64,000 bases of DNA. Origin: Opitutales bacterium. GTDB lineage: Bacteria; Verrucomicrobiota; Verrucomicrobiia; Opitutales; UBA2987. Positions 23,191 through 35,261 of this stretch are shown piece after piece; within the stretch, counting starts at the first letter, position 1; each line of letters starts with the position of its first letter. The position numbers were made by a program, and so were the translations under genes. The stretch covers positions 96,001 through 160,000 of the forward strand of contig CBDDEL010000014.1 of assembly GCA_965226885.1 (NCBI GenBank). The letters are read 5' to 3'. The notes beneath the pieces are model-generated. The model ran no database searches and was not told the DNA's origin. It saw nothing but the letters and a program-made list of their open reading frames with translations.

Positions 23191-23492
23191 TTTTTTATCT
23201 ATAACTGAGGAAAAAAATCTATTATCTAAATCGAATTCACCACAGTTATTGTCGATCCTCAAGCGGAATCGGAAATGTTGAACCGGGCGGAGCCGAATTT
23301 CTTTAACTCGCGCGCATATTGAAGAAAATTATTGGCCCCGTGGCGACCCCAGTGTTTGCGGTGATCTTCCTCCTCAATAAATTGGCTGGGTAGGGTAATA
23401 TTGAAATCGCCGTTCCAGATTGCAACCCATGCCCAGGGTATTAATGCTGTCTAGGTCCTTATGATTATTTAACCATCTGATGGAAATCGATT

Positions 23493-23843
23493 ATGCCCTT
23501 TATCAACATTAAAAAATACGAACCGATTGAACTGGCTCCCGGAGCCCGTGTGCGCACACCTTATGGGACGAACCTGATGCTTTCCTACCTCGAGCTGGAC
23601 GAAGGTTCTTTAATTCCACCGCATCAACATCCCCATGAGCAGGGTGGGATGTTGATCGAGGGCAGTCTGGAATTGACGATCGGTGATGAAACGCGGCTTT
23701 GCCAACCGGGCGATATGTTCATCATTCCGCCCAACACGCCGCATGCCGCCAAGCCCATTAACGGTCCGGCAGTAGTGCTCGATGTTTTCAGCCCGGTTCG
23801 TGAAGATTATGCCAAACTCTTCAATAAATACATACCGGAATAG
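23493..23843 (+). CDS. Cupin domain protein
   Basis: HQHPHEQ...PPNTPH...DVFSPVREDY. Confidence 0.9.
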   Translation: MPFINIKKYEPIELAPGARVRTPYGTNLMLSYLELDEGSLIPPHQHPHEQGGMLIEGSLELTIGDETRLCQPGDMFIIPPNTPHAAKPINGPAVVLDVFSPVREDYAKLFNKYIPE

Positions 23844-23860
23844 GGTAAGGTTACCTTAAC

Positions 23861-25264
23861 TTAATCATACCAGATCGGGCTTGTCCATCCAACTTGACCA
23901 TCGCTCTGCACAATACGGGCATAGAGAAATCCATTGATTTCAGGTGGATTTTCCAAGGTTTCCTCAAACTTAAAAGTGAACTCACTCTCGGCTACTGCCC
24001 GATGAATTTTAAGGGCGGGAGAACCTAGTCCGTTAAGATTTTTTGCCACCGATCCGTTTACCAGATCGCTCACCGGAAGATCGAACGAGATTCCATTGGC
24101 TTTTACTTGCAAACTGGTATTCGAACCAGCTTCCAGGTCGAGGATAACTGCTTGGGTTCCAGATGCATTGAAATGTGTGCCACCCATCATCCCGGAGGGA
24201 TTGGGCACCGCGCGGCAGGTCCATTTCAGGGTGTCCTCAGTTCGCTCTAGAATCCGTTCCGAGGATTCCTCTTCATCCATGGCAAAGGTGCTGTTTCGGA
24301 AGCAGGGTTGACAGCCAAGTATTCGTCCGTTCAGGACGTGGCACATAATCAACCAGTCGGACCGAGTTTTGCCCCGGCCCCATCCACATTCCACTTTCAC
24401 TTTATAGCGGCCCGGAGTAAACAGAAAATATAGATCCTGACCTGCCAGCCGCCGGACACTGCAAGTGCCATTCTCTCCGCGTATGAGGTCAACCCTTTCT
24501 ATGGGGGCGCTGCCTTCAACCTCAATGCGCAGACACATCTTTTTCTTTGCCCGCGCAACGCCTCCGATTTCTGCGTCGTCGAGTTTCATCATGGCGTTGA
24601 AATGCGTTCCCGTAGTGGCGATCGTTCGCCGCTCTGTGAGCCCTTTCCAGAGGCAGGGCAGAGTCAGGGATTCAGCCATCACACCGACCCTGCCGTGTCC
24701 GTAGTGGCCGGGATAACCATCATGCGAATCAGTGCCTGCGGCGAAGCCGAAGCGGTGCCCGGCGAGGAGTCCGGCGCGAACCATAGATTCTCCCACCCGG
24801 GGCCCCATACTGTGGTGATAGTCATAGGGCGCGTCGTCAGATTCTCCACATCCGTGATTTGAATAGATTTCAACTAATGGCGAAATCCGCGTGTCATAGG
24901 CATCCCAATTCAGACCGCGAAAGCCGCGCACGTAAGCGCAATGGTGCGGCATCATCATGAAGGCAGACCCGCTTTCCTCCAGAGAACGAGCCAGGGAGGT
25001 TCGGTCCGGGGCGTCAATTAACTTTGCATCGAAGGCATTAAAATAACAATTGTAATCCCCAAATTCCATAGAGTGCCACTCATAACTGGGTAAGGTGACA
25101 AAGCTGCCGGGCTTATTGCAGGCGGCGAGGTTGGAGAGCAGTTCCTCCCAGTAATAACGTAGCTTGGCAAAGCCGCCGAGATGAATGCCAATACTGTCGC
25201 TATGACGCCCCAGATCCATCGGCATATCCGGCCAGAAAGCGTGGCCCGTTATGCTGCAAAAATC
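23861..25264 (-). pseudogene. DUF3604-like PHP-fold metallohydrolase, N-terminus removed at IS1 boundary
   Basis: DFCSITGH, YEWHS, PHH, VEIYSNHG, GTDSH motifs; sequence beyond 25264 is IS1. Confidence 0.7.
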
Positions 25265-26066
25265 GGTAGTGTATAAAAAAAGAATGTTATTTTGTAGTTT
25301 TAGCTGTACAAATAGCGTTAGGCAGTTTATTTTTAGTGCATGGTTGCTAAAATTATTAATTGTCGGCACTGTGGAAGTGAAAATATCATTAAATTTGGCA
25401 AGACGCCCAACCATAAACAGCGCTACCGCTGCCATGATTGTGGTAAACAAAGCCGCGAAAACCCCACAGTGAAATACACCGAAGAGCAAAAAGAAATGAT
25501 CCTTCGAGTCTATCAGGAACGCAGCAGTCTACGCGGTTTACAGCGCGCCTTCGGGGTGAGTCCCAACACCGTTTTGAGTTGGTAAAAAAAAACGACAATC
25601 GCTGCGACCGCTCAAAAGCACGATTCTTGCGGCCCGCCGCCATGATGTCATTGAACTGGACGAACTGTGGTCTTTTGTGGGGCGCAAGAGCGATGCCCAA
25701 TGGGTTTGGATCGCTCTTTGCCGACGCACCCGTCAAATCCTCTCCTATGCCATTGGGCCTCGGGATTGGTATCGTTGCCGGGAACTTTACGAGCGTCTGC
25801 CACGGGCCTACAAAAGATGTGCCACCTACAGCGACTTTTGGAGCACTTATGATGAAGTCTTTCCTCATAACCGATCCGTGGGAAAAGAAACCGGTGAAAC
25901 GGCCCATGTGGAACGATGGAACAATACCCTGCGCCAACGACTGGGTCGTTTCACACGCAAAACCCTCTCCTTTTCCAAGCTTAAGAGTATGCATGAAACC
26001 TGTCTGAGACTTTTCATTCATCAATATAATCAAGAATTAGCCACCATTCCTACTTAATACACTACC
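25265..26066 (+). mobile_element. IS1-A copy with nonsense codon in insA
   Basis: 802 bp; TTA to TAA at 25583-25585; flanks CAAAAATC / CAAAAAT. Confidence 0.93.
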
Positions 26067-26073
26067 CAAAAAT

Positions 26074-26875
26074 GGTAGTGTATAAAAAAAGAATGTTATT
26101 TAGTATTTTTAGCTGTACAAATAGCGTTAGGCAGTTTATTTTTAGTGCATGGTTACTAAAATTATTAATTGTCGGCACTGTGGAAGTGAAAATATCATTA
26201 AATTTGGCAAGACGCCCAACCATAAACAGCGCTACCGCTGCCATGATTGTGGTAAACAAAGCCGCGAAAACCCCACAGTGAAATACACCGAAGAGCAAAA
26301 AGAAATGATCCTTCGAGTCTATCAGGAACGCAGCAGTCTACGCGGTTTACAGCGCGCCTTCGGGGTGAGTCCCAACACCGTTTTGAGTTGGTTAAAAAAA
26401 ACGACAATCGCTGCGACCGCTCAAAAGCACGATTCTTGCGGCCCGCCGCCATGATGTCATTGAACTGGACGAACTGTGGTCTTTTGTGGGGCGCAAGAGC
26501 GATGCCCAATGGGTTTGGATCGCTCTTTGCCGACGCACCCGTCAAATCCTCTCCTATGCCATTGGGCCTCGGGATTGGTATCGTTGCCGGGAACTTTACG
26601 AGCGTCTGCCACGGGCCTACAAAAGATGTGCCACCTACAGCGACTTTTGGAGCACTTATGATGAAGTCTTTCCTCATAACCGATCCGTGGGAAAAGAAAC
26701 CGGTGAAACGGCCCATGTGGAACGATGGAACAATACCCTGCGCCAACGACTGGGTCGTTTCACACGCAAAACCCTCTCCTTTTCCAAGCTTAAGAGTATG
26801 CATGAAACCTGTCTGAGACTTTTCATTCATCAATATAATCAAGAATTAGCCACCATTCCTACTTAATACACTACC
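26074..26875 (+). mobile_element. IS1-A complete copy, near-tandem
   Basis: 802 bp, 7 bp from previous copy; no matching TSD. Confidence 0.93.
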
Positions 26876-26976
26876 GCCGTGAGCGAAGTATCTAAATCGA
26901 ATATACCGATTTTTATATTCTTTTTCATAAACTTCAAGACGAGATTTCCCATGTGAACATTCATAATCGTTAATTA

Positions 26977-29900
26977 GAGGCTGTCCCAAAAGGGTGATTT
27001 TTGCGAGGGCTTTTGATAGGCGCTCATTTTAGAGGTATTTGCATTTGGGAGAGTATCAACTTTGCTCTCCTATGACGTTAGGATACTGGTTTTGGGGTCC
27101 GGTTGCCTGGTTTTCTTTGTATGAGCCGACAGTAAGGCTGTGAAAAAGTATTGTCCTTGCTTTTCCGCTCTCTAGCCCGGATATTTCATGAAGGGTAAAG
27201 TTTGGCTCGTTATTGCTATTGGAGATGGATTTCTTTGTATTTTGAGCAGATCGTCTTGATTTTTAGGTGTTTTTCAGGGTGTAGAGACACTGCCCCCTTT
27301 CCCCCATTGGTTCGGTAGTGCCGGGGGCAGCACCAATGCACCCTTTAGGTTGGCACCAATCGGCGGGCCGCATGGTTGAAAAGACTGGCCCAAGGATAAC
27401 TCTCACTTAGGTGAAAGTGAATCGTTCGGGTGTTGCGCACGATGACCGCTCCGATCTTGATTAATTTGAGCCGCAGGGTGTGGCATTGGGCCCGCGCCCA
27501 CTTCGTCCCTTTTAAGGCTAACCGGCGCATGGCTTCCATCAAGGTGTAGGCCAGCGCCGACAAGAGCAATCGCCACTGATTGGCGCTGGTGCGCTCGCTG
27601 AACAATTGCATCTGTTCCTTGATTCGGTTCTCCATTTCACCGCGGCCACAGTATACCTTGTCGTAAAGCTCCTGGGGATCGCCCGGCCGGTTCGTCACCA
27701 CGAAGCGCGGGTTGGACCCCTGTGCGGTGTGTTCGGCTTTATGGATGACCAACCGCAGCCATCGCCACGAATCGGCAGCATAGACGAAGTCCTGGAATAA
27801 CCGTTGTTTTTTACCCCTTAGTTCGAACCATTCTTTGGCCTGCTTTTGCAACTGCTGGGCGTCTTGCTGCAAGCGTGCATTGCGAGCCATCCCCACGATG
27901 TAACTAACTTCGTTGCGGTCGCACCAAGAGAGTATCCGGTCTCGACAAAATCCACTGTCGGCGCGCCAAATAATCCGCTTACGGGGCCAGCTTTGGCGAA
28001 TCCGTTTAACCAGCAATTTGAGGATGGCCCCGGCATGCTTGCTGGCATCGATCTTGCTCGGCCGCAGGTAGGCCACCAGCAGCTGATCACCGCAAAAAAC
28101 ATATAGCGGCAGAAAACAGTAATGATCATAATAACCGTGGAAAAAACGTCCCTCCTGGAGCCCGTGCACCGGATTGTCGGTGGCGTCAAAGTCCAGGATG
28201 ATCTCTTCGGGTTCCTCGGCAAAGGAGCCCATGAACTGTTCGACCAACAGCTCGTTTACCGCAAAGGCCGCCCGCCGATCCTGCCCGTTTTCAAAACGAC
28301 ACAAAGTCGGCGCGCTGGCCAACGTTTCAATGCGCCCCGTTACCGTTTGCAACAATGGATCGTGGCGCAGGGTATCAAAGTCGTTCAAATCCTCATAGCC
28401 CGCCACCAGCCCGTAAACGCGCTGCCGCAGCATCCCCAAGACCTCATGGCGTACTTTGCCCTTCTGCCGTTTGTCCACTAACTGTCGGGCCGCTCGTTCG
28501 GTCAAGCCCAACTGCCGATCCACTTCCCGGATCAAAAGCAGTCCGGCATCCGAAGTAACCTCTCCGCCCTTGAAATCAACCCGCACACGGCGGCCTTTTA
28601 CCCTTGTCAACTGTAGCTTTAATTGTTTACCTTTTGTCATCGCTGATATTGCTTTAATTATTGATCTATCCTGCTGTATATCAGCAGTTAAGCATATCAA
28701 CGATACTTTTTTTACGAAATATCCGGGCTAGGCCGCCGCTTTGGTTTTTAGTTCGTCTTGCTGGGCCAGCATCTTGGCTACTTTCCATAGGTTGTGCGAG
28801 AGTACCGACGGTTGTGCGAGAGTACCGACCAGGCTACGCTGATCGAGCGGTTGGCAAAGCCTTTGCTGCGCAACCGCCCGGCCTGCCAGCGATTCTTCAA
28901 TACCCCGATCCGCCCTTCGGTGCTGGCCCGGCGCTTTTGCAATTGTCTGAACAGTGGTTCCTCCATCCGTTTTTTCAACTGCTTCGGATCGCGTGGACAG
29001 AGCGCGTCGTAGATTCCCTCCTGGGCTAACTGCCGGCGGGCCCGCTGGGAGGCAAATCCCCGGTCCGCGCACATGGCCGCTATGGGTTCTTCCAGGTTGA
29101 AGCGGTTCTGTCTTTGCAAACTCTCTTGCATTTGTTCATTTTCGCTTGGAGTTCGGCTGCCGTAGAGTTTCCAGTCCAGCAGGTACCCTTCAACGCTTTC
29201 TCCCAAAAACAGGGTGTTGCCGAACTCGACCTCTTGGCCCGCTTTACCTCGCACAATCACCTGCCCATCGAGTTCGTAAACACTCAAGACTTTCTCTGCG
29301 TTTTTCACCTGGCGGCGGCCAATGATCCGCTCGTGCGCCTGTTTGATGACCACCGGGATTTGCTCGCTCATGCGCTCCATCCGGGCGAGGATCTGTTGGA
29401 CCTGTTTTTCGCTGTAATCGCTTTGCTCCCAGCAGGCTTGCAATAATTCCCGGTGACTGCGGGCATGCTCCCCGATCCGTTTGAGCAGCTTTTTCATCTG
29501 CCTCAAGATACCCTTGCGCTGCCGCGCGCTGTCCTTTCGCCGCCGGCTGTGGGTCATCTGTATGCACAGCCGATTCATCTGCCGAGCCAAGGGCTCCGGT
29601 TCGATCGGCATGCGATGGCGCAAACCGGCCTTCTCGCGGATCAGCCGGATCGCTTTGAGCAACGTGCCGGCTACATCCTTGAGTAATACCCAGTCCGTCG
29701 GCCAATGAATGTTAGCCTCCAAACAGGTGCCGTCGATCAGGCAAATGGTGGTGTCAATCGGCTTGTCCAATCCCACCTGCCGGGCCAGAAGGGCATCGCC
29801 CACCACCTCAGTCAAGGTCCGGTGCAAGGCCCTCAACTGCTCTTCGCTGAAAAACTTCGAGGCCCGCTCCAGGGTGCTTTTGGAGATGCCCCTGATGCCA

Positions 29901-30369
29901 TCGATCTGCCGGACACGGCAAAAGTCGGCCAACAGATCGCTGCTGCCCAGAGCCCGCGACAAATGCCGAAACGAGATCCCTCCGAGCAGACGGCCCAGCG
30001 TATCCATGCGCAGTGCCTTGATGGCAAAACTGGCCCGCTGCCGCCGGGCCTTTAGACCCATTGGCTGCCACCCCTCCAAGGCCAGCTCAATGGCCTGCGA
30101 TTCCACCTCCGAGTCGATCAGCAGCCGATCGATTCGATCAATGGTGGCGCGGAAGTTATCGTAATCGAGGCACCGGTCGACCACAGTTAAAGCTGGACGC
30201 AGGAGGCATTGGATGGCTATATTTTTCATAGAAAGGGCTATATTGATTTTCGCTAACTCAATTATAGAACCCTTTTTTGGCCGGATCGAGCAAAAACTTG
30301 CTCTTTCCGGCTCTTTTTATCAACGTCATCCAGGTGACTATAAAATCTTTATATTTTTGGGACAGCCAC
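26977..30369 (-). mobile_element. IS5/ISNCY-like copy 2, interrupted by IS1380-A
   Basis: 6-bp TSD TAATTA (26971-26976, 30370-30375); transposase from 30229 frameshifted by 20-bp duplication 28790-28829; left IR variant ...CAGCCAC. Confidence 0.92.
27176..28727 (-). mobile_element. IS1380-A nested copy with 15-bp in-frame deletion
   Basis: CTAG TSD on both sides at the host transposase stop codon; 451-aa ORF lacks HQWWA. Confidence 0.95.
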
Positions 30370-30626
30370 TAATTATGGTTACTTTCTAATATATCGATCC
30401 AATATCCTGCTCCCATTTTGATTTGGCAATCTCATCCTTCGTTAATTGATGATCAAGTCGGCAGTATTTAACAATTTATGCTGATCCATCCCCATACCAA
30501 TGTTACCACCCGGCGCCAAACCGATCGATCAAGGGTTGAATATTCCTTGCCGGCAAGATTGAAACTTGCCGCCTGTTGAGCAATGAATTAAAGAGCGATA
30601 GAAAAAGGTAAAAATTTTTATGGGGT

Positions 30627-33470
30627 ATGAAAATAAAAAAAGGACAAGTAGGTTCTGGACAGGATAATATCGTATTATTTCCTTTTGATGAATGTGCAAT
30701 TTGACGTGTACTGGATTTGTTGGACACGGGATTCTCTTATATTCATTGTTTATTGATTAGTGTGTCAGGCGGCTTGTTTTGGTAAAGGGTTTTGTTTTCT
30801 CGTTGCCCCCCATGGGGGGCAAATATTTTCCTCGAATTGGACTGGGCTTTGGTAACTCAGAGAGGAATGTTTGCGATATCGGTTGTAGAAGATTTCCACG
30901 TATTCGAAGACAGTTGATCGCAGTTCACGCTCGTCGGCAAAGTGGCGGCCTCGAATCGTGCTGGTCTTGAAGCGGCCGTAGAACGATTCCATGGCCGCGT
31001 TGTCGTAGCAGTTGCCTTGGGCGCTCATGCTCGGCTTCATGCCTAGTTCAGAGACCAGCCTCTGATAGTCGTCGCTGGCGTAGGGGCTGCCCCGATCGCT
31101 GTGATGAATAATCCCGGTGCGCAGTGTGCCGCGGGTCATGGCCGCGGCTTTGAGGGCCTTGCCAACCAGCTTCGCGTCGTTGTGGTTGGAAACGCTCCAG
31201 CCCAGCAGGCGTCGGCTGAACAGGTCCATCACCGTGGCCAAGTACATCCAACCGGCCAGGGTCCGTAGGTAGGTCGTGTCCGCCACCCAGACCTCGTCGA
31301 TATGGGTCGGCTGGCCATGCTTTTTAAGCACATTGGGGCTGTAACCATAGGGATGGTTACTGTTGGTTCTTAATGGCTTAAAGCGTTTACTCTGGGTGCT
31401 TTTGATTCCCATTTCACGCATCAGACGCAGAGCCCGGTCACGGCCGCAATCGATGCCCTCATCATCCTTCAGATGGCGGTGCATTGGCCGATGCCCATAG
31501 CGGCCCTTGGCCTCTTTGTGTACCTTCAGGATCGCCCCCTTGATTCCCTCGTCCTCGATCCGCCGGGCCGAGGGCGCTCGGGGCCTCCAGCAGTAATAGC
31601 CACTGCGACAAATCCCCATCGCCGAGCATATTTCCTCGATCTTGAAGCGCCCCTCGTTGTCTTTGACAAACTGGTACTTCATTGTTCGTCCTTGGCAAAG
31701 TAGCCCACCGTTTTTTTTAGTATCTGGTTGATCCGCTCCGAGCGGCGCAGCTCTTTGCGAAGACGATCTATCTCGGCCGCCATCTCCTTCGGACTGCTCT
31801 GTCGCTTTGAGGTGGCTTCGCCCTGCTGATCGTCCAGATAGAGCCTCTTCCACCTATACAATTGGTTGGTGTTGACCCCAAGTTTGGTCGATACCTCGGT
31901 GGCGCTCAGACCATCGAGTATCATCAGTTGAACTGCCTCATTTTTGAACTCTATACTAAAGCGTCTTCTTCCCATGCTTCGATTCTCCATTTAGGAGAAT
32001 CTCGTGTCCACTTTTTCCAGTGCACATCAAATTCCATTCCAGCAGGGACTGAGAATGAATTTATGCAGTTTCATACATCGTCCGTCGGAGATCGTGCTGG
32101 GACTGGGGGAGGCTGGCAAACCCGATGATCGAATTGTGACTTATTACGGCACGGTACACAAGGTTGAGAACGAGTTCTGGATGTGGTATCTTGGGCAAGG
32201 GTCAACGGGAAGCGATTGGCATCAACGGATGTGCCTGGCAAAAAGCCGTGATGGCCGACATTGGGAGCGGCCCAACCTGGGCCTGGTTGAGTATAATGGC
32301 ACTAAAGAAAACAACCTAATCGATCTTTGTGATGGCGATCATATTTCTACGGCAGTGGTGTTTTATGATCCGAATGAGTCGCGTAGTGAACGGCGCTTCA
32401 AAATGCTATTTGAATCATGGCGGTATGAGCGAAAAATGGCCGTGGCCTACAGTTCCGACGGGATTCGGTGGACGGAATATACGAAGAACCCGGTGGGTCC
32501 GATGCTTGAAATGAGCGGTGGAACATCATTGGATGGAGCCTATTACGTAAACGGTCAAGGGGGGGTCCATTGGTCGCCGGGGGATTGGTCGAGGAAGCTT
32601 GCCACCTTTGTTTCTTATGATTTTGAACATTGGACCGAGGCGTCGTGCATGGGATTTCGACGCGATCCGCTGCCTCCAAGGCCGACCGAATACAGCTTAC
32701 TCCAAGGGCCGGACTCCACTCTTGGAGCCATAAATGGCAAACAGGTGCATCTTGGTGCGGCTCTGTGGAATCGAGGTAATGTGATAATAGGTTTTTATGG
32801 AGCGTGGAATGGCCATCCATCTTGCGATCGTCGGCATGTCTGGATGAATTTAGGATTGTTGGTGAGTCACGATGCGCTCCATTTTCATGAACCGATTCCT
32901 GATTTTCCGATAGTAGCGTGCAGTGAATTAGGTTATGGTTTACCTCCGTCTCAACCAGAAATGCGTTATTCTGCACTTGTCCAAGGGCAAGGGTTTGCAA
33001 ATGTGGGAGCGGAAACATTGTTTTGGTATGCGCCTTGGCCCCAGATGTATAGCGATGGCATTCGGCTGGCGACATGGGAAAGGGATCGGCTTGGATGCTT
33101 GCAACCTTATACAGGTCCAGACACCAAGCCGCACTTGATCTCCGCAGCGATTGAAACGGACGACAAGCCGGTTAATGTTTCTCTTAATGTGGACGGTATA
33201 ACATCGTTATCAAATGTGCGAGTTTCCATTCTTGACGAGGGCTTCCGCGAATTGCCGGATTTTAGCGCTGATGATTGCTTGCCAATGCCGGAATCCGGCC
33301 TCGGGCAAAAGGTGAAATGGGAGAACGGGGATATTATCAACACCGATCATCCGGTTCGAATACGGGTGGATTTTTGCGGTCCGCGGCCCGAGGACGTAAA
33401 ACTTTATGCTATTTATGTGGAGCATAAAGAAAGTGCGGTTGCCCTGGAAACGGCGGGCGATGCGGATTAG
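30627..33470 (+). pseudogene. Five-bladed beta-propeller glycoside hydrolase-like protein (GH32/43/130-like), interrupted by IS3-B
   Basis: MKIKKGQVGSGQDNIVLFPFDECAI (30627-30701) joins in frame to PFQQGLRMNL after removing IS and TSD; repeated SxDGxxW boxes; ERPNLGLVEYNG. Confidence 0.7.
30702..32029 (-). mobile_element. IS3-family element type B, complete (1328 bp); orfA 31679..31990, orfB 30765..31682
   Basis: IRs TGATGTGCACTGGA / TGACGTGTACTGGA; 4-bp TSD AATT; WVADTTY, HHSDRGS, CYDNAAMESF. Confidence 0.95.
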
Positions 33471-33479
33471 ATGTGCAAT

Positions 33480-34253
33480 TCAAGGCACATAGAGATCTGA
33501 ACGCCTCCCTTTGAGGTTTGAATTGTCTCTGGCGCGACGGCGGTTGACCAAAGTAAGGTCGACTTCGCAGATTGAGTAGGGTGCCGCCGGGTCGTTTTCG
33601 TCAACAACGATATTTCCCAAGGGGTCCGTGACGAGAGACTGTCCGGGGTGGGTAAATGCAATGAACAGCTCGTTTTCAACAGACCGGGTTCGCATGAGAC
33701 AATTATTAATCTCGCCGAAGTTCCCGTAGGTAGGATTGAAGATGATGCAGGCGCCTTTCAGGGCTAGCGATCGAACACTCTCCGGGCGCCGCCGGTCGGC
33801 GCAAATCACGATCCCGAACCGGCCGAAATCCGATTCGAATACCGGAAGCGCTGCACCTGGGATGAACTTGCGGTCATGCAGGAGACAGTGCGTTTTATCG
33901 TAATAACCCGCCAGCCGACCGGCGCGGTCAAACACAAGGGCCGAGTTGGAGACCCCGATGCCCTCCACTTTTCGTGAACACCCATAGATCACCCAGCAGT
34001 TCCGGGCGGCCGCCCAATCAGAGATGTAGCGGGTATAAGGCGAATTTACCGGATGGATGGCGTAGTCCGCGATATTTTCCCAGTCGACGTTTTCCTCCGT
34101 AACGACATACCCGTCGAGAAAACACTCCGGTGTAATGACGACATCGGGCCGATGGCTTTGGATTTCTCCCAAGATTTCGGTGAGTCGGCGGTGGTTCGCT
34201 TCGAGATCCCCTTTTTTGGGATAGGTGCGGATGAGGGCCAGGCGGATTTTCAT
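33480..34253 (-). CDS. Carbon-nitrogen hydrolase (nitrilase superfamily)
   Basis: E-K-C triad motifs TPECF, YDKTH, ICADR. Confidence 0.9.
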   Translation of the reverse strand: MKIRLALIRTYPKKGDLEANHRRLTEILGEIQSHRPDVVITPECFLDGYVVTEENVDWENIADYAIHPVNSPYTRYISDWAAARNCWVIYGCSRKVEGIGVSNSALVFDRAGRLAGYYDKTHCLLHDRKFIPGAALPVFESDFGRFGIVICADRRRPESVRSLALKGACIIFNPTYGNFGEINNCLMRTRSVENELFIAFTHPGQSLVTDPLGNIVVDENDPAAPYSICEVDLTLVNRRRARDNSNLKGRRSDLYVP

Positions 34254-34304
34254 CTAATGGCTTGTAGATTATGGCCGGTAAGTGAGTTCAGCCAAGGGTT
34301 ATGG

Positions 34305-34652
34305 TTATTGGCCGGATTTTTTCGGGGCGTAGCGGATTACATGCACCTTTTCCATGGTGATGAGCCCTTCCTTGACCATGGGGTCGATCAGCGGGAGAAC
34401 GCGGTCGATCTTTTCCTGGCTGTCCACCACTTCGATGATGATGGGCAAATCCTGGCTGAGACGCAAAAGATGGGCGGTGTGCATGTGGCTTTTGGCCCCA
34501 TAGCCGGACATGCCCCTTATGACGGTCGCCCCCGCTAATTTTTCCTTGCGGAATAATTCCACCAGCGCGGTGTAAAGCGGCTGCATCCCATGTTTGTCGG
34601 CCTCACCGATAAATATCCGCATCAATACTTGTTCACCATTCAATACTTGCAT
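34305..34652 (-). CDS. DUF190 PII-like protein
   Basis: RIFIGEAD, AGATVIRG, LSQDLPIIIEVVD; typical crcB neighbour. Confidence 0.9.
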   Translation of the reverse strand: MQVLNGEQVLMRIFIGEADKHGMQPLYTALVELFRKEKLAGATVIRGMSGYGAKSHMHTAHLLRLSQDLPIIIEVVDSQEKIDRVLPLIDPMVKEGLITMEKVHVIRYAPKKSGQ

Positions 34653-34656
34653 CCGA

Positions 34657-35043
34657 TCAGGTTCCTCCGAGGATAATTCGTCCTATGGCCAGGCCGATTG
34701 CCATTGCGGCCAGGCAAAGCACGACGTTTGCCGAAATGTTTAAAGCCGCCAACGACCAGGCTCCATCTTCCATGTAGCGAATCGTCTCATACCCAAAAGT
34801 GGAAAATGTGGTGAAGGCGCCAAAAAATCCAATGGAAATCGGGGCCCGCCAAGAAGGATGAATGATTTCGCTGGTGAGAGCGACCTGCATCACGATTCCC
34901 AGTAACAGGCAGCCCAGCACGTTGACCACCAGGGTCCCATAGGCAAACCGCTCGCCCAGCAGCCGGTAGCTCCATCCGCTCAAAGCGTAACGGCTGAGAC
35001 TCCCAAGAGCGCCGGCAAAGGCGAGTGCAAGCAATTCTTTCAT
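34657..35043 (-). CDS. crcB: Fluoride efflux channel CrcB/FluC
   Basis: GALGSLSRY, GTLVVNVLG, GFFGAFTTFSTF. Confidence 0.95.
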   Translation of the reverse strand: MKELLALAFAGALGSLSRYALSGWSYRLLGERFAYGTLVVNVLGCLLLGIVMQVALTSEIIHPSWRAPISIGFFGAFTTFSTFGYETIRYMEDGAWSLAALNISANVVLCLAAMAIGLAIGRIILGGT

Positions 35044-35261
35044 ATATTCGTCCGTTTTTTAAATTTTCAATAGCTACCAAAACCAAGGCAAAGGCAGTTC
35101 TTGCAGGCTTATAGATTCAATCGTTTACGGCAAAAACAACCAGATTGATATTCTGGTAAACGGCCGGAAAACGGCAAGACCATTCAAATTTAAATATTTT
35201 TCGTCCGTTGAATTAAACCGGCATACGCCTGTGCTATTGACACGGAAAAATGCCGGTCTTT

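Noticed and set aside
35044..35260. Fluoride riboswitch upstream of crcB
   Set aside because: No GAUGG...CC / AAAC / CU.AUGAC core visible on the minus strand; an Rfam scan would be definitive
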